The notes under the pieces: model-generated | Told to the model about the DNA's origin: nothing | What the model saw: only the letters and a program-made list of their open reading frames with translations | Databases searched by the model: none | Program-made: the position numbers and the translations under genes | Shown here: in pieces, positions 1 through 8,557 of the stretch | Position numbering within the stretch: the stretch's first letter is position 1 | Layout of the letters: the number at the start of each line of letters is the position of its first letter | Origin: Alphaproteobacteria bacterium | GTDB lineage: Bacteria > Pseudomonadota > Alphaproteobacteria > SP197 | Assembly: GCA_965228895.1 (NCBI GenBank) | Contig: OZ245842.1 | Coordinates: 5,152,001-5,216,000, forward strand | Direction of reading: 5' to 3' | DNA: 64,000 bases

Positions 1-51
1 CCATGGGCGATGATATGCCGACGCGGCAAATCCGGTGAACAAGGCGCCTTG

Positions 52-1329
52 ATGGAGATTGTCGAAGAGAACAGCTCGGCCGTGTCGCGACATGTGGCGT
101 CGCTCGCGGCCGTAGCCCTGGGCGCATCGGTGCCGATCCTGATCCTTGGTCGCGCGGGCATGGCCATCGCGATCGCCATCGCGATTGTCGGCTTGCTGGC
201 GACCAGCGACCGCTCGCGCCTGGTTTTCGACGTCATAGCGGCGGTCAAGACGCCGTTGGGAACCGCCGTCGGGGTGACCTTCGCCCTATGGCTTGTCAGC
301 GTGATCGGATCGCCGGAAGTCGCGTTGTCGGCCAAGGTCTGGGCACGCATGGTCGCGCTGCTGGTGGCGGGTGTGGCACTGGCCAGCCTGATGCGTCGTT
401 CTCCGGCGCTCCATGGTCTCGCGCTGAAGAGTTTGATCGTGACGGCGTTGATGGGTGTCGGGATTGGTCTGGTCACCGTGCTGAAGTGGCCGGATCCGCT
501 GCTCTTGTTGCGCGGTCATGGCGCCAATCTGGATCAGGTGGGCCTCGCAGCATCGGTGCTGAAGTCCTATGGCACGGCGGTCGCGTGCGCCATGCCGGTT
601 GTCTTGTGGGCAGGATGGCGCGTGGGCACGCGCTGGCGCTTGCCGGCGATCATCTTTCAGTTTCTGGCACTGGCGCTGCTGATCGTGCTTGAGAGCCGCG
701 CCGGTCTGGTCGCCGCGGCTGTCGGCGCCGGGATCTTCACCTGTTGGTTTGCTTGGCGCCACGGTCGTTCGTGGCTGATCGGCGCGGTCGCTCTTGTCAT
801 GGTGGCGGTTGTCGCCATCGCGTTTGTCACCAATGTCCGGAACAACCAGATCGAAGCCGCGCTCGATCTGCCGGTCTGGTTGGTCGATGCCCATCGTCAG
901 GCGATCTGGGACGCCTCTCTGCAACGCTTTACCGAGGCGCCGATCTTCGGCTGGGGTATTGACGTTGTCGATAAACTGCCGGGCGCCAACGACATCGTGC
1001 CGGGATCCGGCGTCGAGTTCATCCCATCGCACCCGCATAACTGGGCGATTGAGGTGCTGGCCGAGACCGGTATTGTCGGCTTCGTCGCAATGTCGGTGAC
1101 GCTCATCATTTTGGCCGTTGGCGGCATTCGGGCCACGCGCCAGGACGGTGCGGCGGGCGCTTCGTTTTTAGCGGTGTGTGCTGTCTTCTTTCTGGTCTCG
1201 CTGATCAGTTATTCGTTCTGGGCGTTCTGGTGGCAGGCGACGTTTGTCCTGTTAGCGAGCCTGGTGATCGCGCCGTTGACGCCGGGTTTGGTGAGTTCCA
1301 GCCGGTCGCCTAAGCTGGCGGTGTCATGA
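52..1329 (+). CDS. O-antigen ligase family (WaaL/Wzy_C) membrane protein
   Basis: Many TM segments; 'SRAGLVA', 'R..IW......F.EAPIFGWG' and 'HPHNWAIEVLAETGIVG' Wzy_C motifs. Start uncertain (10 or 52). Confidence 0.85.
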   Translation: MEIVEENSSAVSRHVASLAAVALGASVPILILGRAGMAIAIAIAIVGLLATSDRSRLVFDVIAAVKTPLGTAVGVTFALWLVSVIGSPEVALSAKVWARMVALLVAGVALASLMRRSPALHGLALKSLIVTALMGVGIGLVTVLKWPDPLLLLRGHGANLDQVGLAASVLKSYGTAVACAMPVVLWAGWRVGTRWRLPAIIFQFLALALLIVLESRAGLVAAAVGAGIFTCWFAWRHGRSWLIGAVALVMVAVVAIAFVTNVRNNQIEAALDLPVWLVDAHRQAIWDASLQRFTEAPIFGWGIDVVDKLPGANDIVPGSGVEFIPSHPHNWAIEVLAETGIVGFVAMSVTLIILAVGGIRATRQDGAAGASFLAVCAVFFLVSLISYSFWAFWWQATFVLLASLVIAPLTPGLVSSSRSPKLAVS

Positions 1330-2354
1330 CGGCAAAACGTGGAAATCCGTTGGAAGCTGGGCGCGAGGTCCTGCGCGAGGCCGCCGCATGTCTGGGCCGC
1401 GCGGCCGATGGCCTGGGCGACGACTTCGTCCAGACAGCCCAGGCGCTCTCCCGCGACGACAGCTTCACCATCATCATCGGCGTCGGTAAGTCCGGCCACA
1501 TCGGCAACAAGCTCGCGGCGGGCTTGACCGGCGTCGGGCATCGCGCTGTGTTCATTCACCCGCAAGAGGCGCTGCACGGCGATCTCGGCATGGCCAGCCA
1601 CGCGACCCTCGCCGTCCTGCTCAGCCACTCCGGCACGACCGAAGAGTTGATGGTGCTGGCGCCGGCGCTGAAGGAATTCGGATGCCAGATCGCCCTGATC
1701 ACCGCGGTCAAGGAGTGCCCGCTTGCCGGCTATAGCGACTGGGTCATCGAAACGCTGGTCGACGAAGAGGCCGGCCTGCACCGTCTGGCCCCGACCTCGT
1801 CATCGACGACGACGCTGTCTATCGGCGACGCCTTGATGATTGCCAGTCTGAATCTGCGCGGTTTCACCGCCGACGAGTTCCGCCGCTTTCACCCGGGCGG
1901 CCTGCTGGGCAAGAAGCTCAAAAAGGTGCGTGACCTGATGACGCCGGTCGAGCGCCTGGCGTGGTTGAAACCCGATGACTCCATCTTCGACGTTCTGGAA
2001 AAAGTCGCGCTGGGCCGACGCGGTTTCGGTGTCGTTAGTCGTCGGCCGCACGGCGAAGCGGTTCGCGCCGATGAGGTCGGCGTTATCTCCGACGGCGACA
2101 TCCGCAACGCGGCACGCGACCGCGATGGTTTTCAAACCAAGACCGCAGCGGCCATCATGACGTCCAAGCCGACCGCGATCGACGCCGATGCCTTGATGGG
2201 CGATGCGCTCCGGCTGATGGAAACCCACCGCTTCACGTTCTTGTTGTGCACCGATGGCGACGGCATGCTGGTCGGCGCTGTCCAGATCCACGACCTCGTC
2301 GCCAGCGACCTGGATGTCACCGCGCGCGCCGATCGTTTGCCCAACGGTGATTGA
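1326..2354 (+). CDS. kpsF: KpsF/GutQ family arabinose-5-phosphate isomerase (SIS + CBS)
   Basis: 'GVGKSGHIG', 'EALHGDLG', 'SHSGTTEE', 'LAPTSSST', 'FHPGGLLG' and C-terminal CBS pair. Confidence 0.92.
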   Translation: MTAKRGNPLEAGREVLREAAACLGRAADGLGDDFVQTAQALSRDDSFTIIIGVGKSGHIGNKLAAGLTGVGHRAVFIHPQEALHGDLGMASHATLAVLLSHSGTTEELMVLAPALKEFGCQIALITAVKECPLAGYSDWVIETLVDEEAGLHRLAPTSSSTTTLSIGDALMIASLNLRGFTADEFRRFHPGGLLGKKLKKVRDLMTPVERLAWLKPDDSIFDVLEKVALGRRGFGVVSRRPHGEAVRADEVGVISDGDIRNAARDRDGFQTKTAAAIMTSKPTAIDADALMGDALRLMETHRFTFLLCTDGDGMLVGAVQIHDLVASDLDVTARADRLPNGD

Positions 2355-2357
2355 GTC

Positions 2358-2858
2358 ATGAAACGCTGGTACGTCGCCCACACACGTGCGCAGAGCGAGC
2401 GCCGGGCGTTCGACCATCTGACCAATCAGGGTTTCGAAGCGTGGCTGCCGGAGTTCAACAAACGGCGCCGTCACGCGCGCCGCACCGATTGGGTTCGCCG
2501 CCCGTTGTTCCCGCGCTATCTCTTTGTTCATCTGGATCTGGATGCCGAGCGTTGGCGCAGCGTGCTCGGCACCGTCGGTATACAGGCGTTGGTCGGTGGC
2601 GCAGAAAAGCCGACGCCGATGGCCGACGCGGTTGTCGAGGCGATCCGCGCCCGGGTCGATCAGGAAGGGCTGGTGCGGATCAATCCGGCCGAGACGCTCG
2701 AGGCCGGTGATGCCGTCAGGATTGCGGATGGACCGTTCGCCGATCTGGAAGGCATCTTTCTGGATATGGGCGATAACGAGCGGGTCGCGATCATGCTCAG
2801 CCTGTTGGGACGCGAGGTCAAAGTGACCGTCAGCGCCGACCATTTGGAGCGTGCCTGA
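2358..2858 (+). CDS. rfaH: RfaH-like NusG-paralog transcription antiterminator
   Basis: NGN domain ('WYVAHT', 'PLFPRYLFV') plus KOW ('GDAVRIADGPFADLEGIF'); located in a glycan locus rather than the secE-nusG-rplK context. Confidence 0.85.
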   Translation: MKRWYVAHTRAQSERRAFDHLTNQGFEAWLPEFNKRRRHARRTDWVRRPLFPRYLFVHLDLDAERWRSVLGTVGIQALVGGAEKPTPMADAVVEAIRARVDQEGLVRINPAETLEAGDAVRIADGPFADLEGIFLDMGDNERVAIMLSLLGREVKVTVSADHLERA

Positions 2859-2907
2859 CGCCACCCTGGATGGCGCGGTGCTGAATCACACGTATGTCGT
2901 GTACGAC

Positions 2908-2934
2908 TTGACATGAGTGTTCGATTTATGAACA
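2908..2934 (+). promoter_or_regulatory. Putative sigma70 -35 box plus palindromic operator upstream of the regulator gene
   Basis: TTGACA (2908-2913) followed by inverted repeat TGTTC-GATTTAT-GAACA (2918-2934); same geometry recurs at 6193-6219. Confidence 0.6.
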
Positions 2935-2997
2935 AGGTGCGCAGACGGACCGGAATCGTGGTGCCGGACCGCCCTTGAAACTGACGGACCGCAAACG

Positions 2998-3636
2998 GTG
3001 ACAACCCGGCGCGAAGCAAGCGAAGACGAGGCAATCCGCCAGATTCTGGATCGTATCGACAGCGACCAGAATATCTCGCAGCGCGATCTGGCCGATGAAC
3101 TCGGCGTCGCGTTGGGCATGGTCAACGCCTACATCAAGCGTTGCGTGCACAAAGGTCTGGTCAAGATCCAGCAGGTGCCGCGCCGGCGCTATCGGTACTA
3201 CCTGACGCCCCAGGGTTTTGCCGAAAAGAGCCGGCTGACAGCGCAATACCTGTCCGATTCCTTCGGTGCGCTCAGACGCGGTTTGAGCAGCTTCGATCGC
3301 CTTTACAGCGATCTGGCCGAAGCCGGACATCGCCGCATCATCCTGTGCGGCGACGATGCACTGATCGAGGTCGGGATCCTCTCCAGCCTCTCGACACCGA
3401 TCGACATTCTCGGAGTCTTCAATCCTCTGGGTAACAGTCACGCCGTGCGTGGCGTGCCGGCGATCGACCCTTCGGATCCGCCTGAGGCGGACCGCTGGGT
3501 CCTGGCCGTTGCCAAGAACGGCGAAGAGGCCTTCGCCAAGCTTGAACAGATCGTGCCGGCCGAGCGGATCATCATGCCGGACGTGCTGCGCCTCTACATG
3601 CTGCGCAGTTCATCGCGCGAGCGCGGCGCGGCCTGA
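2998..3636 (+). CDS. EPS-associated MarR-like winged-helix transcriptional regulator with C-terminal Rossmann-like domain
   Basis: 'ISQRDLADELGVALGMVNAYIKRCVHKGLVK...YYLTPQGFAEKSRLT' is characteristic of this polysaccharide-locus regulator family. Confidence 0.88.
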   Translation: MTTRREASEDEAIRQILDRIDSDQNISQRDLADELGVALGMVNAYIKRCVHKGLVKIQQVPRRRYRYYLTPQGFAEKSRLTAQYLSDSFGALRRGLSSFDRLYSDLAEAGHRRIILCGDDALIEVGILSSLSTPIDILGVFNPLGNSHAVRGVPAIDPSDPPEADRWVLAVAKNGEEAFAKLEQIVPAERIIMPDVLRLYMLRSSSRERGAA

Positions 3637-3638
3637 TA

Positions 3639-3775
3639 AGAGCAGATCCTGGTTTGATGGAATCGCGTTGCGATTCCGCCAAGACGGGTGAATCTGCTCT
3701 GTTTAGAGAGCGAGAGCGGATTCACGTGATGAGGTGGAACCGTGAACCGGTTTCACCTCATCACGATCCGCTCTA
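3639..3775. repeat. Double-hairpin palindromic intergenic repeat (CIR/RIME/BRU-RS-like)
   Basis: Hairpin 1: AGAGCAGAT(3639-3647)...ATCTGCTCT(3692-3700). Hairpin 2: AGAGCGGAT(3713-3721)...CGTGATGAGGTGGAACCG/CGGTTTCACCTCATCACG...ATCCGCTCT(3766-3774). Four GANTC sites; lies between convergent genes. Confidence 0.75.
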
Positions 3776-5134
3776 CTGGCTGGCAGCATAGGCGGCGAAC
3801 GCCACCGATGTCGGCGGCCCCAGACGTTCCAGCAAGAAAAACTCCCAGACTGGCACGGTAACAAGCCTTCCCGACACGAAGTCCGGCGCAAGCGGTGCGC
3901 GATAGTTGAAGGACGGCACGAACTCGTCCAGGCGCACACTTGATTCGAGCGCGGCGATCTGAAAGTTGGTCGCCTGGCGATCGGGCCTGACGGCGACGAC
4001 ATACGTGAAGAAACCATGGTTCACGAGTTCGTCGAACAACAGGAACCCGGCATCGCCGGACACCATGTCCAGCGGCAAGTCGTTGATGTGGACCGTGCGG
4101 TAGACCAGGCCGCCATGATCAAGGGGCGGCGATTGGCTAAGGCCGCCGGGTGCGAGCGTCGCCTGATCCTCCAGGCCACGGCTGTTCGTCTCGACCGTGA
4201 CCGGCGCCATATCGACGACGAGGGGCAAGTCCGGTGGCACGTGCTCCTGCAGCCAGGCACGCGCTTGAAGCCGCGTATCGTCCTGGACCATCAGCCACGC
4301 CATCCATCCGGCAGTGGCCAGCGGGTAGAGCAACGCGATGATGGCCAAGCCCGTGGTGAGAGCCGAGAGCGCGCGGCGTCCGGAAATCCACGCCGCGAGC
4401 CTTGCCGCGCCGCCGCCTGCGCCTAGCGCCAGGACGGGGAGCAGAAGAACCAGGGCGGCCTCGTCGCCGGAGAACCATTCGGCGCCGACCAAACCGATCG
4501 CGAAGACGGCGGCCAACACGACGGCGACGACCGGCCGCGAGGTGACGACCAGCAGCACCCCGGCGATGCCTGCCACGGTCAAGACCGGATCGGCACGCAG
4601 CAAAGACTGGATGTAGTCGAGAACCGTCAACGGTTCGCCAGCGACCGCGCCGCGCTCGAACGCGACCGTCGGGATCAACCAGACGGCAACGATGACGATG
4701 GCTAAGGCCAGCGCCACCAGCAGCGGGATAACGCCGGCGACACTTGGGCTGCCAAGCCAGCGGTGCACGCGCCAGACGATCAGCCAAATCGCGAACCCCG
4801 TCGCTGACCAGCCGAGCGCCAGATGCCCGAACACCACCGCATACCAGGATGTTGCCAGCAGCGCGGCAGCGACCAGGCCGGCGGCGGGGCTGGCGAAGAA
4901 ATCACCGGCCAGACGCCACAGCAGCCAAACCGTTGCGGTGGAAAGCAGCAGGCTCAAAAGGCGCCCGGCGGTGAGCAAGTCGGCGTCTGGCGTTGCCCCG
5001 GCAACGCCCGCCATTTCGCCGGGTATCAGGGCAAACGGCAGGCCATAGTCCAGACCGATCAGCCGCAAAGCCGCGGCGATGATCAGGATTGGCACGAGAA
5101 GCCAGACGTCTTTCCGGCCGGCGGGATGCGCCAT
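3773..5134 (-). CDS. GT-C fold (ArnT/PMT-like, GT39/GT83-like) membrane glycosyltransferase
   Basis: 'ALRLIGLDYGLP', 'GRLLSLLLSTATVWLLWRLA', 'AAALLATS', multiple TMs, then periplasmic 'DTRLQARAWLQEHVP'. Confidence 0.65.
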   Translation of the reverse strand: MAHPAGRKDVWLLVPILIIAAALRLIGLDYGLPFALIPGEMAGVAGATPDADLLTAGRLLSLLLSTATVWLLWRLAGDFFASPAAGLVAAALLATSWYAVVFGHLALGWSATGFAIWLIVWRVHRWLGSPSVAGVIPLLVALALAIVIVAVWLIPTVAFERGAVAGEPLTVLDYIQSLLRADPVLTVAGIAGVLLVVTSRPVVAVVLAAVFAIGLVGAEWFSGDEAALVLLLPVLALGAGGGAARLAAWISGRRALSALTTGLAIIALLYPLATAGWMAWLMVQDDTRLQARAWLQEHVPPDLPLVVDMAPVTVETNSRGLEDQATLAPGGLSQSPPLDHGGLVYRTVHINDLPLDMVSGDAGFLLFDELVNHGFFTYVVAVRPDRQATNFQIAALESSVRLDEFVPSFNYRAPLAPDFVSGRLVTVPVWEFFLLERLGPPTSVAFAAYAASQ

Positions 5135-5320
5135 GGCAGGCCCCGGAAACGATTCACCGGTGCCTGTTTACCATCGACACGCCGGACGACGAATAGGGAT
5201 GAATAGGGAATGGTTGCAGGGCGTGGTCAGCCGGCGGCCCATCGGATTGCTCGACATCCCGGTTGCGCCGTGGCATGCGGGGACTGGAAGCACGGCATCG
5301 CCAGCGGGGGACGACGGCAC

Positions 5321-6070
5321 GTGATGATCTTGTGGCGCAGCTTGGATCTGCCGCGGCGCGCGTTGCGCCGGCTAAAGGGCGACAAGCGCGATTACCGGCA
5401 CTTTCTGTTTGAGGACTTGAAGGCGCGGCTTGGCGAGCGGCGGGTTTCGAATGTGCTCGAAATCGGCCCCATGGAGGCCGACGATACCAAGCGCTTGCTG
5501 ACCTTGGCGCCGGATCGCCTGACGCTTGCGGAAATGCCGCAGTGGACGGAACACCTGGAAAAGAACCTGGCCGCCAAGGGCATCGCCGATAAGGTCGAGA
5601 TCCGTGTCGGCAATGTCATGTACGACACCATGTTCGACGACCTCGTGCCGTTCGACCTCATCTGGTGCACGGGCGTCCTCTATCACAATCCCGAACAGCT
5701 TCGCATGCTGGCGCGCCTGTACGATTGGCTGGCGCCCGACGGCCTGCTGGTGATGGAGACGGCGACGGCGCGCAGGGCTTTGATGCGTGACCGAAACTGC
5801 GTCGAGATTTGGCATGACGTGCCCAAGTCCGTCATGACGCGATCTCATTTGAGTGCCAATGTGACCCACGTTCCCTCGCGCAAGGCGGTTGGCGCCTGGC
5901 TCGCCATGGTCGGTTTTGACGACATCGTCCTGTCTTCCTGTCATGCCCGCCAATCGTTCAGTCTGGCGCAGAACCGGGTGGCCTACATCGCCCAGCGCGC
6001 CGGCGCGACCGAACCGGAAAGCTATTACATCCATTCCGGCCGCAGCTTCCCGATTGGCCGCGCGCTTTGA
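5321..6070 (+). CDS. Class I SAM-dependent methyltransferase
   Basis: 'VLEIGP', 'FDLIWCTGVLYH', 'LAPDGLLVMET'; GTG start preceded by GGGGGA. Confidence 0.8.
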   Translation: MMILWRSLDLPRRALRRLKGDKRDYRHFLFEDLKARLGERRVSNVLEIGPMEADDTKRLLTLAPDRLTLAEMPQWTEHLEKNLAAKGIADKVEIRVGNVMYDTMFDDLVPFDLIWCTGVLYHNPEQLRMLARLYDWLAPDGLLVMETATARRALMRDRNCVEIWHDVPKSVMTRSHLSANVTHVPSRKAVGAWLAMVGFDDIVLSSCHARQSFSLAQNRVAYIAQRAGATEPESYYIHSGRSFPIGRAL

Positions 6071-6192
6071 CGGCCGGTCGCGGAGCATGCGCAGGCGGCA
6101 TGTTTCGCCGAATTTCATGACCACATGCTGCAATGCAGTATGTCTGTTTATGGCCGATTTCGGCCATTTTTCTTAGTGTTCAAGAAATGAAC

Positions 6193-6223
6193 TTGACGTT
6201 GGCGTTCATTAACTGAACATTAT
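6193..6223 (+). promoter_or_regulatory. Putative promoter/operator of the long glycan operon
   Basis: TTGACG (6193-6198), then CGTTC-ATTAACT-GAACA (6203-6219); additional IR AATGAAC(6186-6192)/GTTCATT(6204-6210); AT-rich intergenic region. Confidence 0.6.
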
Positions 6224-6282
6224 GGCCGGGCTGGTGGCGCCAAGCGGTAGAAAATGCCGCGCACCCGGCCTGCGGTAGCATG
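6224..6282 (+). promoter_or_regulatory. JUMPstart/ops-like element in the pseB leader
   Basis: Stem GGCCGGG(6224-6230)/CCCGGCC(6264-6270) enclosing one GCGGTAG (6244), followed by TGCGGTAGCATG (6271-6282), one mismatch from ops consensus GGCGGTAGnnTG. Confidence 0.55.
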
Positions 6283-6320
6283 CCTAACGCCTTGATTTTA
6301 CTCACTTTATACCCTCAAAC

Positions 6321-7349
6321 ATGACCTTCCGACGTTTCGACACGCCGACGCCCGATCTGAACGGCGCCTCCATTCTGGTGACTGGCGGTACCGGCTCCTT
6401 CGGCCGCGCCTTCGTGAAGACGGTTTTGGAGCGGTATGAGCCCGCGCGGCTGGCGGTGCTGTCGCGCGACGAGCTGAAGCAATTCGAAATGCAGCAGGAT
6501 CCCCTTATCGGCAAAAAGCCCTGCATGCGGTTTTTTATCGGCGACGTGCGCGATGGCAGTCGCCTCGAAAGTGCCATGCGCGACGTTGACGTCGTCATTC
6601 ACGCGGCGGCTCTGAAGCAGATCACGACCGCCGAGTACAATCCCTTTGAGTGCGTGCACACCAATGTCATGGGTGCTGAGAATGTGGTCCAGGCGGCCAT
6701 CCGCATGGGTGTCAAAAAGGTTGTGGCGCTCTCCACCGATAAGGCGGCCAATCCGGTCAATCTCTACGGCGCCAGCAAGCTTGCTTCCGACAAGATATTC
6801 GTCGCCGGCAACAACATGAGTGGTTCGGTCGGCACACGATTTGCCGTGGTGCGCTACGGTAACGTTCTGGGTTCGCGCGGCAGCGTTGTGCCTGTGTTCC
6901 GCAATCTGCTGTCCGCCGGCGAAACCGAGCTTCCGGTGACCGACGCGCGCATGACGCGGTTCTGGATCACGCTGCAGCAGGGCGTCGACTTTGTTCTTTC
7001 CTCTCTGAAGATGATGACTGGCGGCGAGATCTTCGTACCGAAGATTCCCTCGACGAGTTTGATTGAATTGGCGCGCGCCATGGCGCCGGATGCCACCCAT
7101 CGGGTCATCGGCATCCGTCCGGGCGAAAAGCTCCATGAGATCATGATCACCGAAGACGACTCGCGTTCGACCGTCGAGCTGGCCGACCGCTACGTCATCG
7201 AACCCGCATTCAATTGGTGGGATCGCGATCCTTATCTTGAGAACGGCGCGACACGCGTTGACGACGGCTTTGTCTTCGCCAGCAACCGCAACAACGAGAC
7301 GCTGGATGCCAACGGCCTGGTTCGCCTGCTGACAGAGGCGGGCGTTTGA
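6321..7349 (+). CDS. pseB: UDP-N-acetylglucosamine 4,6-dehydratase (inverting)
   Basis: 'TGGTGSFG', 'SRDELKQ', 'HAAALKQ', 'ALSTDKAANPVNLYGASKL', 'RYGNVLGSRGSV', 'GIRPGEKLHE'. Confidence 0.97.
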   Translation: MTFRRFDTPTPDLNGASILVTGGTGSFGRAFVKTVLERYEPARLAVLSRDELKQFEMQQDPLIGKKPCMRFFIGDVRDGSRLESAMRDVDVVIHAAALKQITTAEYNPFECVHTNVMGAENVVQAAIRMGVKKVVALSTDKAANPVNLYGASKLASDKIFVAGNNMSGSVGTRFAVVRYGNVLGSRGSVVPVFRNLLSAGETELPVTDARMTRFWITLQQGVDFVLSSLKMMTGGEIFVPKIPSTSLIELARAMAPDATHRVIGIRPGEKLHEIMITEDDSRSTVELADRYVIEPAFNWWDRDPYLENGATRVDDGFVFASNRNNETLDANGLVRLLTEAGV

Positions 7350-8545
7350 CGGCAGAGCCGCACTTTCTGCCTTACGGCCGCCACACGATCGAGGCCGACG
7401 ACATTGCCGCTGTCAGCGCGGTCCTGCAAAGCGACTTTCTGACCACCGGTCCTGCCGTTGATGCGTTTGAATCGGCTTTTGCCGCGGCAACCGGCGCCCG
7501 GCACGCTGTTGCGCTCAGCAGCGGCACGGCGGCTCTGCACCTGGCCACACTTGCGCTTGGCCTCGGGCCAGGCGACGCGGCGGTCGTGCCGTCGATCACG
7601 TTTGTTGCGACCGCCAATGTCGCCGAACTGGTCGGCGCCCAGGTGTTGTTCGCCGATGTCGATGCCGCTACCGGGCTGATGACGCCCGCAACACTCGAGG
7701 CCGCATTATCGCGACGGGGCGATGCGACGCCGCGCGCGGTCTTTCCCGTCCACTTGAACGGCCAGTCGGTCGACATGGCAGGCCTTAAACACGTTGCGGA
7801 CCGCCATGATCTCAAGATCGTCGAGGACGCCTGTCATGCGCTTGGCGGTACGGTCGGCGGTCGACCGGTCGGCGATTGCGTGAACAGCGACATGGCGATG
7901 TTCTCGCTGCATCCTGTCAAGACGATCGCGATGGGCGAGGGCGGCGTCCTGACGACCAACGATGACGACGTTGCCGCGTCACTGCGCGGCCTAAGGAACC
8001 ACGGACTTGTCCGCGACGCCGCACTGTTTGAGAACACGGCAATGGCCTTTGACGACAACGGCGATGCCAATCCCTGGTACTACGAACTGCACGCGCCCGC
8101 TTTCAACTACAGGGCCAGTGACATCCATTGTGCGTTGGGAACCAGCCAGCTTGCGAAGCTCGAGCGGTTCGTCGAAGCGCGGCGCAAACTGGCAAAGACG
8201 TATGACGATGAACTAGCGGATCTTGCGCCGATGGTTCGGCCGGTTCCCCGCATCGACCATGGCGAGAGTGGCTGGCATCTCTATGTGGTGCAGATCGATT
8301 TCGACGCCATCGGCAGGGAACGTTCTGCGGTGATGCGTGATCTCAGGCAGAACGGCGTCGGCACCCAGGTGCACTACATTCCCATTCATCGCCAGCCCTA
8401 CTACCGCGAGCGCCATGGCAATCTGGATCTGCCCGGCGCCGACGCGTACTACCGGCGCTGCCTGTCGCTGCCTCTCTACCCGACGATGACGGAAACCGAT
8501 GTCGCGCGGGTGGTTTCGGCGCTTCGCGACGTAACGGGCGCCTGA
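7346..8545 (+). CDS. pseC: UDP-4-amino-4,6-dideoxy-N-acetyl-beta-L-altrosamine transaminase
   Basis: 'LPYGRH', 'SDFLTTGP', 'EDACHALG', 'FSLHPVKTIAMGEGG', 'GTQVHYIP'; follows pseB. Confidence 0.95.
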   Translation: MTAEPHFLPYGRHTIEADDIAAVSAVLQSDFLTTGPAVDAFESAFAAATGARHAVALSSGTAALHLATLALGLGPGDAAVVPSITFVATANVAELVGAQVLFADVDAATGLMTPATLEAALSRRGDATPRAVFPVHLNGQSVDMAGLKHVADRHDLKIVEDACHALGGTVGGRPVGDCVNSDMAMFSLHPVKTIAMGEGGVLTTNDDDVAASLRGLRNHGLVRDAALFENTAMAFDDNGDANPWYYELHAPAFNYRASDIHCALGTSQLAKLERFVEARRKLAKTYDDELADLAPMVRPVPRIDHGESGWHLYVVQIDFDAIGRERSAVMRDLRQNGVGTQVHYIPIHRQPYYRERHGNLDLPGADAYYRRCLSLPLYPTMTETDVARVVSALRDVTGA

Positions 8546-8557
8546 GAACACACGACA

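Noticed and set aside
2918-2934. Alphaproteobacterial LexA (SOS) box
   Set aside because: That box is a direct repeat (GTTC-N7-GTTC); here the half-sites are inverted (GTTC-N7-GAAC).
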